From contig OZ253442.1 in NCBI GenBank assembly GCA_965261085.1, positions 416,001-480,000 of the forward strand: a stretch of DNA of 64,000 nt, written 5' to 3'. Shown in pieces: positions 26,507 to 35,899 of this stretch. Under the pieces are notes generated by a model that made no database searches, was not told the DNA's origin, and was given only the letters and a program-made list of their open reading frames with translations. The first letter of the stretch is position 1. Each line of letters opens with the position of its first letter. The position numbers were made by a program, and so were the translations under genes. The stretch is from a bacterium (GTDB lineage: Bacteria > UBA8248).

Positions 26507-27187
26507 GTGAAAATGCCGCAGAACTCTTCAAGACCCGCCACGAAAATTTTTCCCGAATACGCCCTCTTGCCCGGAATGTACGCCCGTGAGATTGAGGGCC
26601 TCACGCAAGAACAACTCGATCTGAAGCAACCCGGCAAAAGCTGGGGTCTGTGGTCAATACGCGAGCAGGTCAGCCACATGGGATACGTGAACTACAGATG
26701 GTTCTTGCAGGTTTGGGGGAAATCCTTATTTGGGGAGAATCTGCCGAGGCAAAAATCCCTTTACGACACGGGTGGTGCGGATCGTCTCCTCGATCCAGAA
26801 CGATTTCATGAGATCGGGGATTTGCTCACGGCTTATGAGGACGGCTGCCATTTGGCTCTGGATATTCTGAAAAACGAAACCAGAGAATCACTTCGGGAAA
26901 AAACCAAAGAAAGGGTCGTTCCTCGAAACTACGAATGGCCCTCGGGCGATAAGTATATCGACTGGCTTCAAAACGTGGTGCTCAAAATCCACCCCGATGG
27001 TTTCCAGCAAGACGAGAATAAAGACAACGTTTTTCACTACAACCTGGAGTGGACCTTTCGCCATGTGCTCTGGGAGGGGTTCGCCCATCTCAAAACCATC
27101 CAAGCGCACAAACGAGCGCAGGGAATCAAGGTCAAGACAGCGCTGGATGAAAGCGTGGGCTACCTCGCCGCGCTCACCTGGGAGTGA
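26507..27187 (+). CDS. DinB/YfiT-like four-helix metalloprotein
   Basis: GLTQEQLD, WSIREQVSH, C-terminal HVLWEGFAHLKTIQ. Confidence 0.7.
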   Translation: MKMPQNSSRPATKIFPEYALLPGMYAREIEGLTQEQLDLKQPGKSWGLWSIREQVSHMGYVNYRWFLQVWGKSLFGENLPRQKSLYDTGGADRLLDPERFHEIGDLLTAYEDGCHLALDILKNETRESLREKTKERVVPRNYEWPSGDKYIDWLQNVVLKIHPDGFQQDENKDNVFHYNLEWTFRHVLWEGFAHLKTIQAHKRAQGIKVKTALDESVGYLAALTWE

Positions 27188-27716
27188 GCATCCGCTGAAT
27201 CAGGTTCTCGGGCGCATCATCGACCGAGAATAGATTCAAACTTTTCTGCGAGATGAAACCTTCCTCGTGCGTATGGCGTAATAAGTTCAGCAAAGGATCG
27301 TAATAGCCACGAATGTTGAGCAAGCCGATGGGCTTTTCGTGATATCCGAGTTGAAGCCAAGTGAGCATCTCCATGGTCTCCTCCAGCGTGCCGAGTCCTC
27401 CCGGCAGCGCGATGAAACCATCCGCCAATTCCGCCATCAAGGCTTTCCTCTCGTGCATCGTACGCACGACGTGAAGTTCGGTGAGTCCTTCATGGGCGAC
27501 TTCCATGTCCATCAATTTATCGGGAATCACTCCGGTAATCTCTCCTCCGCTTTCGAGCACGGCGTCGGCCAAAACCCCCATGAGCCCGATAGAACCCGCC
27601 CCATACACCACACCGATTCCGCGCGCGCACAAAGTATGTCCCAAAACTCGCGCCGCCTCCCGATACTCAAACCGAACGCCCTTTGACGAACCGGCGAAAA
27701 CACATATCCGTTTCAA
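27174..27716 (-). CDS. LOG family nucleotide phosphoribohydrolase (TIGR00730)
   Basis: ICVFAGS, GLMG, TMHERKALM, LPGGLGTLEE, HEKPIGLLN. Confidence 0.95.
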   Translation of the reverse strand: MKRICVFAGSSKGVRFEYREAARVLGHTLCARGIGVVYGAGSIGLMGVLADAVLESGGEITGVIPDKLMDMEVAHEGLTELHVVRTMHERKALMAELADGFIALPGGLGTLEETMEMLTWLQLGYHEKPIGLLNIRGYYDPLLNLLRHTHEEGFISQKSLNLFSVDDAPENLIQRMLTPR

Positions 27717-27841
27717 GCAAATTCCCTCCCCGCCGGGCCGCCAGACGATCGGCGCGTCGATATAGTGTGAAACTTGTTTTCTTTCCCACCCGCAGGGGTG
27801 GTTGGCGTCCGCCATGTTACTACCGATAGAATCGACTTGCC

Positions 27842-28570
27842 ATGAAAATTCTCATCTGGAACATCATGCACGGCGGCGGACGCCGGGCGACCAAAATCGT
27901 AGAGCGTATCCGTAGCGGAAGACCCGACCTCCTCATACTGACGGAGTTTCGGGGCACCCCGCCCAGCCGGGAGATCGCCGCCCGAATAAAGGAAATGGGA
28001 CTTTCCCAACAACTAAAAACGACATCTGAAAACCAACCGGCCAAAAACGCCTTACTCCTCGCCTCCCGCTGGCCGCTCAAGCGCATTTACTGGAAGAGAT
28101 CGCCTGAACCCCAAGAGCGCCGCCTGATCGCCCACGTTCGCGCGCCCACGCCCATCACCATCGCCGCCGTTCACGTACTTAACCGTGTGAGCGGAAAAAA
28201 ATATCCCTTCCTGGATGCGATTTGCGATTTGGCGCGCCGCTGGCGCGGAGGCGGCGCCATGATGGTGGGTGATTACAACACAGGGCGAATCGGCGAGGAT
28301 GAGAGCGTAAAATGCTTCAACCGGCGCGAAGATGATTTTATGACCACCATGTCGAAAACGGGCTGGGCGGATGCCTACCGCAGCATCCACGGCCAAAAGC
28401 GCGCGTATACCTGGCGTGCTCCCGGCGGGGGAGGGAGCTTCCGACTGGATCATGCGTTCATCAATCGCCGCGCGAAAGGCAGGCTGCTCGACGCGGACAT
28501 CGATTGGCCATCGGGAGACCCGAGGCCGCCGAGCGATCATGCCGCCCTGTGGATCACATTGAAAGATTGA
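27842..28570 (+). CDS. Endonuclease/exonuclease/phosphatase (ExoIII-like) family protein
   Basis: WNI, LTE, GDYN, WADAYR, YTW, RLDH, PSDHA. Confidence 0.88.
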   Translation: MKILIWNIMHGGGRRATKIVERIRSGRPDLLILTEFRGTPPSREIAARIKEMGLSQQLKTTSENQPAKNALLLASRWPLKRIYWKRSPEPQERRLIAHVRAPTPITIAAVHVLNRVSGKKYPFLDAICDLARRWRGGGAMMVGDYNTGRIGEDESVKCFNRREDDFMTTMSKTGWADAYRSIHGQKRAYTWRAPGGGGSFRLDHAFINRRAKGRLLDADIDWPSGDPRPPSDHAALWITLKD

Positions 28571-28624
28571 TTCCGGAAGTAGTAGAACAAGGCGGTTTCT
28601 TTTGAGCAGACGGAGGAAAAGTTC

Positions 28625-29803
28625 GTGAGTAGACCCCTTGAGGGCGTCAAGGTCTTGGACCTGACCCGCCTCGTGTCGGGCGGAATGTACGGCATGCTGC
28701 TGGCCGATGCCGGCGCCGACCTCGTCAAGGTTGAAGTCCCGGGACGCGGAGATACGCTGCGCGCGTGGAACCCGTACTGGTGGAAGGTCTATGGCCGGGG
28801 AAAACGATCCATCACGGTGGACCTCGGCAAACCAAGAGGGCAAGACCTCATCCGAAAGTTGGCAGTCCGGGCGGACGTTCTCGCCGAGAATTTTTTTGTG
28901 GGCAAACTCGAAAGCTGGGGTCTGGGCCCGGATAAATTATGGGAGGTGAACCCGAAACTCATCATCGTCCGGATATCCGGATGGGGACAAGACGGCCCTT
29001 ATCGAGACAGGCCGGGCTTCGGCACCCTGGTGGAGGCGATGTCGGGCTTCGCCGATATGAACGGATTCCCCGATTCCCCTCCCCTGGCCGCGCCCCAGCC
29101 CCTGGCCGATATGACGGCAGCGCTCCAGGGCGTCGCCTCCACCATGTTCGCGCTCTATCATCGCGACGCTCTGGGAGGCCGCAAGGGACAGGTTATCGAC
29201 CTGGCGCTCTACGAACCGCTCTTCACGATGCTGGGTCCCCAGGCGGCCCGCTATCTCATCGAAGGGAAAAAACGCCCCCGTCTGGGCAACCGCTCCGAAA
29301 ACTCCGCGCCCAGAAACATCTATCCCACGAGCGACGGGAAGTGGGTGGCGATTTCCGCATCTACCCAGCCGATGTATGAGCGCCTCGCCCGCGCTCTGGG
29401 GCGTGAAGACCTCATCACCGACGAGCGATTCATGAACAACGAGGCGCGCGTCGTGAACCAAGACGAACTCGATAACATCGTGGCCGATGCGATAGGAAAG
29501 CGTAGCAGTGACGAAAACATGGAACGATTCAACGCGGGCGGCGTCACGGCGAGCCCCGTCTATGACATCGAAGACATTCTGGCAGATCCCCACTTTCAGG
29601 CGAGAAACCTGGTGCGCCATGTGCCGGACGCGGATTTCGGCTCCGTGCCCATGCAGGGCGCTTTCCCAAGGATGTCGGAAACGCCCCTCGATATCGCCTG
29701 GACGGGGCCGGCCCTGGGAGAGCATACCGAAAAAATACTCACCGAGTGGCTGGGTTTGGCGTCCTCGGAAATCGAGCGTCTTCGAAACGAGGACGTGGTG
29801 TAA
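28625..29803 (+). CDS. CaiB/BaiF family III CoA-transferase
   Basis: PLEGVKVLDL, GADLVKVE, RGKRSITVDL, ENF, SGWGQDGP, PALGEHT. Confidence 0.95.
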   Translation: MSRPLEGVKVLDLTRLVSGGMYGMLLADAGADLVKVEVPGRGDTLRAWNPYWWKVYGRGKRSITVDLGKPRGQDLIRKLAVRADVLAENFFVGKLESWGLGPDKLWEVNPKLIIVRISGWGQDGPYRDRPGFGTLVEAMSGFADMNGFPDSPPLAAPQPLADMTAALQGVASTMFALYHRDALGGRKGQVIDLALYEPLFTMLGPQAARYLIEGKKRPRLGNRSENSAPRNIYPTSDGKWVAISASTQPMYERLARALGREDLITDERFMNNEARVVNQDELDNIVADAIGKRSSDENMERFNAGGVTASPVYDIEDILADPHFQARNLVRHVPDADFGSVPMQGAFPRMSETPLDIAWTGPALGEHTEKILTEWLGLASSEIERLRNEDVV

Positions 29804-29805
29804 AA

Positions 29806-30648
29806 TTATCCCCTGGAAAACAGAACAACAGAACCGATAGCGAAGATGACCCCCACCCCTTTTCTCGGCGTTAATTTCTCTTTGAGGAAGATGATGGCGA
29901 GCATCCCGGTCAACACGAAACTCAACTGGGCGATGGGAGCCACGACGACCGCCTCGCCATAGGTGAACCCCACGGCGATGGCCACATAACTCGAAGAGGT
30001 GAGAACGCCGCAAACGAAGGGCAGCCACAGCGGCACGCCGCGCCTGGGCAGCGGGTCTTTTTGCAGGAGCGCAAAGGGCACGGCCATGCAGAAGACGCCC
30101 ACGCTTTGCGTGGCCGTCATCATGGCGGGTTTGGCGCCCATGCCGAGTCCCAGCTTATAGAGAAGCCCGATGACGCCGAACATGCACATGGCGCCAATGG
30201 CCAGGACGACGGAGCGCTTGTCCCCGACGGAGGCCGCCACGCCGCTGCCGCCCAAAATCACGGCGAGAGCCGCCAGGACCAGGGCGAAGCCCTTGATGAG
30301 GTTGACACTCTCGCCCAGAAAAAAAATCGTCAGGGCGGCCGTTATCGCGAAATTCAGGCGGACGATCGGCACGAGCGCCACCGCCTCGCCACGCCGCAGG
30401 GCGAGCAAGACGAATAAAAACGCGGTGAACGCCAAAATACCATTGATGAATCCAAAGGCGAGGCCCGGATTCCAGAGCAACTCCTCGCGATAATAGGCCA
30501 GGCCGAACGCGTTGGGCAGGTACGCCATGTTTTGCAGGAACATGAAGGGGCCGCTGCGCATCTCCCACTGCTGGCCCCATTTGTAGAGAAAATCATTGAC
30601 GCCGAGAAAGCACAGCGACATGAGCGCGAAGACGACTTCGGGCGGCAT
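29806..30648 (-). CDS. DMT/EamA family transporter
   Basis: Two EamA repeats, FFLGES and IFLKEKLT. Confidence 0.88.
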   Translation of the reverse strand: MPPEVVFALMSLCFLGVNDFLYKWGQQWEMRSGPFMFLQNMAYLPNAFGLAYYREELLWNPGLAFGFINGILAFTAFLFVLLALRRGEAVALVPIVRLNFAITAALTIFFLGESVNLIKGFALVLAALAVILGGSGVAASVGDKRSVVLAIGAMCMFGVIGLLYKLGLGMGAKPAMMTATQSVGVFCMAVPFALLQKDPLPRRGVPLWLPFVCGVLTSSSYVAIAVGFTYGEAVVVAPIAQLSFVLTGMLAIIFLKEKLTPRKGVGVIFAIGSVVLFSRG

Positions 30649-30765
30649 ACGCGACTCCCCGGCGCGGACATCCCTGCTCGCCACGCGCACCTCTTGGCTG
30701 ATGGGGGGATTAAAGCGCCCTCGATTCAGGGAAACTCCAGAGGGCAGGCTTCAAAAACGAAAAAA

Positions 30766-30794
30766 ATGATACGGCTCCCACCCCGGGGTGTCAA
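30766..30794 (-). promoter_or_regulatory. Putative sigma70 promoter of the EamA gene
   Basis: Minus strand: TTGACA (30794-30789), 17 bp, TATCAT (30771-30766). Confidence 0.6.
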
Positions 30795-30958
30795 CGGGAT
30801 GAATGGCGGCGGGATGCCCCCATTTTCCGTGATCCGACCGACTCGGCGTAACCCCCGGGGCGTAAAACATGCTATCTTGGAGCCCGAGATTCCCATGAGG
30901 CCGTTGCAATCCGAAAACCTAAGTGTTTTTCTTTCATCTTTCACCTGAGGAGCCGGGG

Positions 30959-31393
30959 TTGGGTCGTGAATATCCGCTTCGCCCAATTGTCGGCGTAGGG
31001 GCGATCATCCTCGATAAGGAAAACGTCCTCATCGTCCGCCGGGGACAACCTCCCAAAATGGGCGCCTGGAGCATTCCGGGCGGCGGCGTCCACCTGGGAG
31101 AAGACCTCGAAGAAGCCTGTATGCGAGAGGTGAAAGAAGAGACCGGGCTGGATGTGGAGATACTCTCCGAGGGCCGGGTTCTGAACCGCGTCACCCGGGA
31201 CGAATGGGGGCGCGTGCAATTTCATTACGTGCTCATTGACTTTGTGTGCCGAGCCATCGGTGGCGTACTTCAGGCGGCGAGCGACATCTCGGAAGCCAAG
31301 TGGGTCCCGATGAGCGAGGTATCCTCCTTAAGTCCCATGACGAGTGGAACGGCGGAATTCATACTGGAATCTGTCGCCGCACTCAACCAGTAA
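30959..31393 (+). CDS. NUDIX hydrolase (ADP-ribose pyrophosphatase-like)
   Basis: YPLRPIVGVG, Nudix box GGGVHLGEDLEEACMREVKEETGL, HYVLIDF. TTG start follows GAGGAG. Confidence 0.92.
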   Translation: MGREYPLRPIVGVGAIILDKENVLIVRRGQPPKMGAWSIPGGGVHLGEDLEEACMREVKEETGLDVEILSEGRVLNRVTRDEWGRVQFHYVLIDFVCRAIGGVLQAASDISEAKWVPMSEVSSLSPMTSGTAEFILESVAALNQ

Positions 31394-31419
31394 TCGCACC
31401 GGAAACTTCGGAAAATCAC

Positions 31420-32142
31420 ATGAAAGACGGCAGTGAAAAACAACCTTCGAATGAACAACCCGCCACTTTGTTTTTGCGTCTCGCCGCACGCGAACTCCAA
31501 ACTCCCGCCTCTCACCTCAAAAAAAAGTTTCTCGCCCTGGCCGAGGAATCAGACCCCTGGAAGGCGCGTGAGGAGATTCAGGATTTATCCGAGAGCATCC
31601 ATCGCTTGAGCCGCCTCATCGACACACTCTCCGACGCCGCCGACATCGAAGCGCAGCACGTAAGCCTGGAGAACGCCGAAATAAACCTCGCGCATCTTTT
31701 CAGCGAGCGCATCGGCAAGCGGCTGTGGAATTTTCCGTCGTTTCGGTTTTTGCCCGAGATGCCGTCCCGGCTCAACATTTACGGAGACAGAACGAGACTC
31801 ACCTTTCTCATCGACGATCTGCTGGATGCGGCCATTCACATCGCGCCTGAAGGCGGCATCATCCACGCGCTTCTTAAGAGGGAAAACGATAGGATCGTTT
31901 TGTCGACCACCAACCGCGATGCCGAACTCCCGTCTTCTCGCTTCGAGTCGTTTATCGACTGGGTGGCGAAGGACCTGGAGAATCCGGGTGCGCTTCGTGG
32001 AATCGGAATCGGCCTCTACCGAAGCCATCTCACCGCCCTTCTCCTGAACGGGCGGTTGGAACTCACAGCGACTCCCGAGGTCGGCGCATCCTTCATCGTC
32101 GAGTTTCCCGTTCATCAATCACAATATCCTGCTCTTTCATAG
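31420..32142 (+). CDS. Degenerate HisKA-HATPase protein (pseudo histidine kinase)
   Basis: H-box AARELQTP has no His; N-box DDLLDAAI; G1 degenerate; G2 GIGIGL and the F.VEFP end retained. No sensor domain. Confidence 0.75.
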   Translation: MKDGSEKQPSNEQPATLFLRLAARELQTPASHLKKKFLALAEESDPWKAREEIQDLSESIHRLSRLIDTLSDAADIEAQHVSLENAEINLAHLFSERIGKRLWNFPSFRFLPEMPSRLNIYGDRTRLTFLIDDLLDAAIHIAPEGGIIHALLKRENDRIVLSTTNRDAELPSSRFESFIDWVAKDLENPGALRGIGIGLYRSHLTALLLNGRLELTATPEVGASFIVEFPVHQSQYPALS

Positions 32143-32154
32143 GAATCCATCTAC

Positions 32155-33228
32155 ATGACCGAGAAGAAGCGAATTTCCGAAGAAGCGCTCGTTCGTTTCG
32201 CCACGAAAATCATCATGGCCCTCGGAGCCAGCGAGGAGCGCGCCAAAGTGACGGCGGAAATCCTCGCGGCGGCGGATATGCGCGGAATATCGAGCCACGG
32301 CGTGGCGGGCGGGACGGGCTTGCGCGAACTCGTCGAGCGCATCCGAAAAGACGCCATCGACCCGAAAGCCACGCCGAGCGTCAAGCGAAATGAAAACTGG
32401 GCCGTCGCCACCATGGACGCGCGAGCCGGCATCGGCCCGGCGGCGGCGATGGATGCGACCCGCCTCGCGGGCGATTTGGCAGAAAAATACGGCATCGGAA
32501 AAGTCTATGTGCACAACGCCAATCACTTCGGGGCGGCATGCGTGTATGTAGAGGCGCTCATCGAACAGGGCCTGGCCGGCCGCGCCACATGCACCTCCGG
32601 CGCCTGGATGAAGCCATTCGGGGGAAAAAAGATTCGGCTGGGAACCAACCCCATCGCCTGGGGAGTGCCTGCGGGAGATCAGGCCATCGTCATCGACGTG
32701 GCCACCACGCAGCGCGCCGTGAGCCCCGCCATTCGCGCCAGCCGTGCGGGAGAGGCAATACCGCCCGATTATTTTCTTTATAAAAACGGAGAGGTCATGT
32801 CCGGTCACGTGGCGTATGACGAACTGATCAAAGGCTCCGTCCTGCCCCTGGGAGGAACGCAGTTCGGCTACAAGGGCTCCGGCCTCGCCGTGCTCGTGGA
32901 TTTGGACGGCGTCATCGGCGGCGGCGCGACGCAAAGCATTCCGACGCTGCGCGTTCAACCCGACGCCCGCATCACCCAGACGATAGAAGCCTGGAGGCTG
33001 GACGCGCTCTATCCTTTAGAGGATGCAAAGAAGCTGTTGGCCGAGGCGGTGAGAGACATCAAAAGCTGCGGGGGACCGGAGATGCTGCTTCCGGGAGAAC
33101 GCGAGGCGCGGAAAAAAGCGGACGCGGAGAAAAATGGCATCCCCTATGAAGCCAGTCAGTGGGACACACTCAAAATGATAGGAGGCTGGCTGGGCGTCGA
33201 GCCGCCCGAAGCTATGCAGGAGAATTGA
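32155..33228 (+). CDS. Type 2 malate/lactate/sulfolactate dehydrogenase (Ldh_2 family)
   Basis: ADMRGISSHG, NANHFG, LGTNPIAW, DVATT, GYKGSGL, LPGERE. Confidence 0.92.
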   Translation: MTEKKRISEEALVRFATKIIMALGASEERAKVTAEILAAADMRGISSHGVAGGTGLRELVERIRKDAIDPKATPSVKRNENWAVATMDARAGIGPAAAMDATRLAGDLAEKYGIGKVYVHNANHFGAACVYVEALIEQGLAGRATCTSGAWMKPFGGKKIRLGTNPIAWGVPAGDQAIVIDVATTQRAVSPAIRASRAGEAIPPDYFLYKNGEVMSGHVAYDELIKGSVLPLGGTQFGYKGSGLAVLVDLDGVIGGGATQSIPTLRVQPDARITQTIEAWRLDALYPLEDAKKLLAEAVRDIKSCGGPEMLLPGEREARKKADAEKNGIPYEASQWDTLKMIGGWLGVEPPEAMQEN

Positions 33229-33299
33229 TACACTGAACAAGCTGCTTTCAGGACATCAGCCCAAGAGCGCGCGCCGGAGCCGCATCCGCAAATTACCGT

Positions 33300-34550
33300 C
33301 TAAGCGTTTCGCTCCAGGCGAACGGTTTCTATCTGCCGCTCGTTCGCCGATTCTACGGTGAGCGTCCAGCCCTCCAGGGATATGTACTCGCCTTCATTTG
33401 GGATATGCTCGAACCGCTCCAGAAGATAGCCCGCCAAGGTCTCGTAATCCCCCTCGGGTATAGGCAGCGAAAGCGCCTCGCGCACGTCCTCGACCTCCAT
33501 GCGGGAATCAACGAGATACTGCTCCTCGCCCATCTTGTGGAACATGCGGACTTCGTCGACGTCATACTCGTCAGCGATGTCGCCCACGATCTCCTCCACC
33601 AAATCCTCCATGGTCACGATGCCGGTGCAGGCCCCGTACTCATCCACCACCACGGCCATCTTCTCTTTTCGACTCATCAACTCATCGAGAAGACTATCGG
33701 CGGGCTTCGTTTCCGGCACGAAATAAGCGCTCCGGATGAGGCCTTCTTTTTCCCTGAGGCTTCCAGCGGCATCCGCCCCCAGTCCGAGAATATCCCTCGC
33801 ATGAACGACGCCCACGATGTGGTGCAGGTTTTCCCTGTAGATCAGAATCCTCGAGTGGCCATCGTCCTCGATTTTTTCGATCACCTCCCCCACCATGCTC
33901 TCCTCGTCCACCGCCGAGAGATCCACGATGGGCACCAGCACGTTTTCCATGTCCAACTCGCCGAACGTGAAGATGCGGCCTATCATCTGTCGCTCGAGAA
34001 CCTGCACGTCTCCATCGCTTTGCTCTTCCATGAGCGATTCGAGTTCCTGCCGCGTGACGAAAGGCGTGCTTTCTCCATTGCGTGTTCCCAGCCCCAAAGC
34101 GGCGCCGATGAGCGCGCTGATCAGCCAAACCAACGGATACACCAGCAGCCTGGCGCCCCAGACGATGCGCGCCAACAAAGGGGCGAGCTCATCAGCGCGA
34201 TCCTGGCAATACCCCTTGGGAACCACCTCGCCGAACACCACCAGAAGCGGAATCACGAGGGCGACCGATAGCGCCTCCCCATAGGTGGGACCGACGAAAT
34301 TGATAGCCGCGATGGTGGCCAGAGAAACGTTCGTCACGAAACTCGCGTTATGACAGGTGAGAATCGTTCCCATGAGCCATTCGGGTTTTTCCAGAAGCGC
34401 CAGGGCGAGCGAAGCGCCCCTGTTCCCTTCTTCCGCCTTGGCCTTCAGACGGGCGCGATCCGCGGAAACGATGGCGATCTCCGCACCCGAGAACAACGCC
34501 TCCACCAGGAGCAGGATGAGGCCGATGATGATGACCGAGTAGATATCCAA
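33300..34550 (-). CDS. CNNM/hemolysin family protein (DUF21-CBS-CorC)
   Basis: FSGAEIA, FGEVVPK, HSRILIY, VVDEYG, EDLVEEIVGDI, YETLAG. Confidence 0.92.
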   Translation of the reverse strand: MDIYSVIIIGLILLLVEALFSGAEIAIVSADRARLKAKAEEGNRGASLALALLEKPEWLMGTILTCHNASFVTNVSLATIAAINFVGPTYGEALSVALVIPLLVVFGEVVPKGYCQDRADELAPLLARIVWGARLLVYPLVWLISALIGAALGLGTRNGESTPFVTRQELESLMEEQSDGDVQVLERQMIGRIFTFGELDMENVLVPIVDLSAVDEESMVGEVIEKIEDDGHSRILIYRENLHHIVGVVHARDILGLGADAAGSLREKEGLIRSAYFVPETKPADSLLDELMSRKEKMAVVVDEYGACTGIVTMEDLVEEIVGDIADEYDVDEVRMFHKMGEEQYLVDSRMEVEDVREALSLPIPEGDYETLAGYLLERFEHIPNEGEYISLEGWTLTVESANERQIETVRLERNA

Positions 34551-34551
34551 C

Positions 34552-35823
34552 TCAGAATTCCCTCCGTCTTCGCGCGCGCACCTGCAGGACGCGGGAGCCA
34601 CTCGTCTCGGTCACCGTGAATTCCACGTTCCCCAGGCGAACCTGCTCGTTCAACGAGGGCACACGGCCAAGCATCGTGAAAACCGCGCCGCCCAGCGTGT
34701 TCGCCTCCTCGTAGTCGGGGAGTTCCCAGCCGCTCACCGCCGAGAATTCAGCCAGGGGAACACGTCCCTGACACAGGTATGAATCCTCATCTTCCTGCTC
34801 AATCCAGGTTTCCTCGACTTCTTCATGTTCATCCTTGATTTCGCCGAAAATTTCCTCGAGCAGATCCGTCATCGACACCAGGCCGAGGGTGCCGCCGAAT
34901 TCATCCTGAACGATGGCGACGTGGGTTCGCTCGTTCCGAAACCGCCGGAACAAACGGTCGAGCTTCATGCCGCCCGGAACCATGAGGGGAGGACGCAACA
35001 TCTGTTTCGTCAAACGCTCCTCGGGGCCGAAATTATTTCGCCCCACCTGGCGCAGAAAATCCTTGACATACAAAACGCCTACTATCTGATCCCTGTCCCG
35101 TTGGAAAATCGGGATGCGTGAATGCGTCGCCGTGCGAACGCGATTGACCACTTCGGCGACGGGCAGGTCCATCTCCCAGCACTCCAGATCCGTGCGTGGC
35201 ACCGCCACTTCCGAGATAGTTCTGTCGTGAAAACCAAACACGTTGTGAATGAGCTCGCGCTCGCCCTCTTCGAGTTCACCTTCGGCATGGCCCGCGTCCA
35301 CAAGATGCAAGAATTCGTCTTCCATGAGAATGCTCTGCGGATCGCGCGGGGGCGCCCCCATGCAGGAGAGCACGCCGTTCGCCACCTGTAAAAAGACCCA
35401 CCGCAACGGAGAGATGACACGCGCGAAGACGGATATGGGATACGCCAGGAATCGCGAGAACCGCTCCGGATACCGGGCCGCCAGGGATTTGGGCGTGATC
35501 TCACCGAATACCATGAGGATCGGCGTCATGAACACGGGCGCGAGCCACCTCTTCTCGGGCTCCAGATAAGCCACCACGACGCCCGTGAACAACGCGGAGG
35601 AAACAATGTTCACGATTTCGTTGCCCATCAAAATGGAGGTGATCAGTCGCCTGGGCCTGTCCAGAAGGTCGGATATCCGCTCGCCCATGCCCCCTTCCCG
35701 GCGCATGGCGCGCACCCTGGGACGCGGAAGGGAGAAAAGGGCCGTCTCGCTGGCCGAGAAACCGGCGGAGCAAAACATGAGGATAACAAAAGCGGCGAGC
35801 CGGAAGAGCAGGTCGGCATCCAT
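34552..35823 (-). CDS. CNNM/hemolysin family protein (DUF21-CBS-CorC)
   Basis: FSASETALFSL, FGEITPK, HSRIPIF, DEFGG, DLLEEIFGEI, NTLGG. Confidence 0.92.
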   Translation of the reverse strand: MDADLLFRLAAFVILMFCSAGFSASETALFSLPRPRVRAMRREGGMGERISDLLDRPRRLITSILMGNEIVNIVSSALFTGVVVAYLEPEKRWLAPVFMTPILMVFGEITPKSLAARYPERFSRFLAYPISVFARVISPLRWVFLQVANGVLSCMGAPPRDPQSILMEDEFLHLVDAGHAEGELEEGERELIHNVFGFHDRTISEVAVPRTDLECWEMDLPVAEVVNRVRTATHSRIPIFQRDRDQIVGVLYVKDFLRQVGRNNFGPEERLTKQMLRPPLMVPGGMKLDRLFRRFRNERTHVAIVQDEFGGTLGLVSMTDLLEEIFGEIKDEHEEVEETWIEQEDEDSYLCQGRVPLAEFSAVSGWELPDYEEANTLGGAVFTMLGRVPSLNEQVRLGNVEFTVTETSGSRVLQVRARRRREF

Positions 35824-35899
35824 CAGTCAATGCCTCCCGGCTGATTGTGATGAAGATGTATCCACCCCGGAGGTTCGGGGTCAGGCGCAGGTTCTTCCG

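Noticed and set aside
30717-30745. GCCCTC/GAGGGC stem in the EamA 5' leader with a CTCTGGAG reminiscent of a glycine riboswitch
   Set aside because: The core stem is only 6 bp and the rest of the riboswitch consensus is absent.
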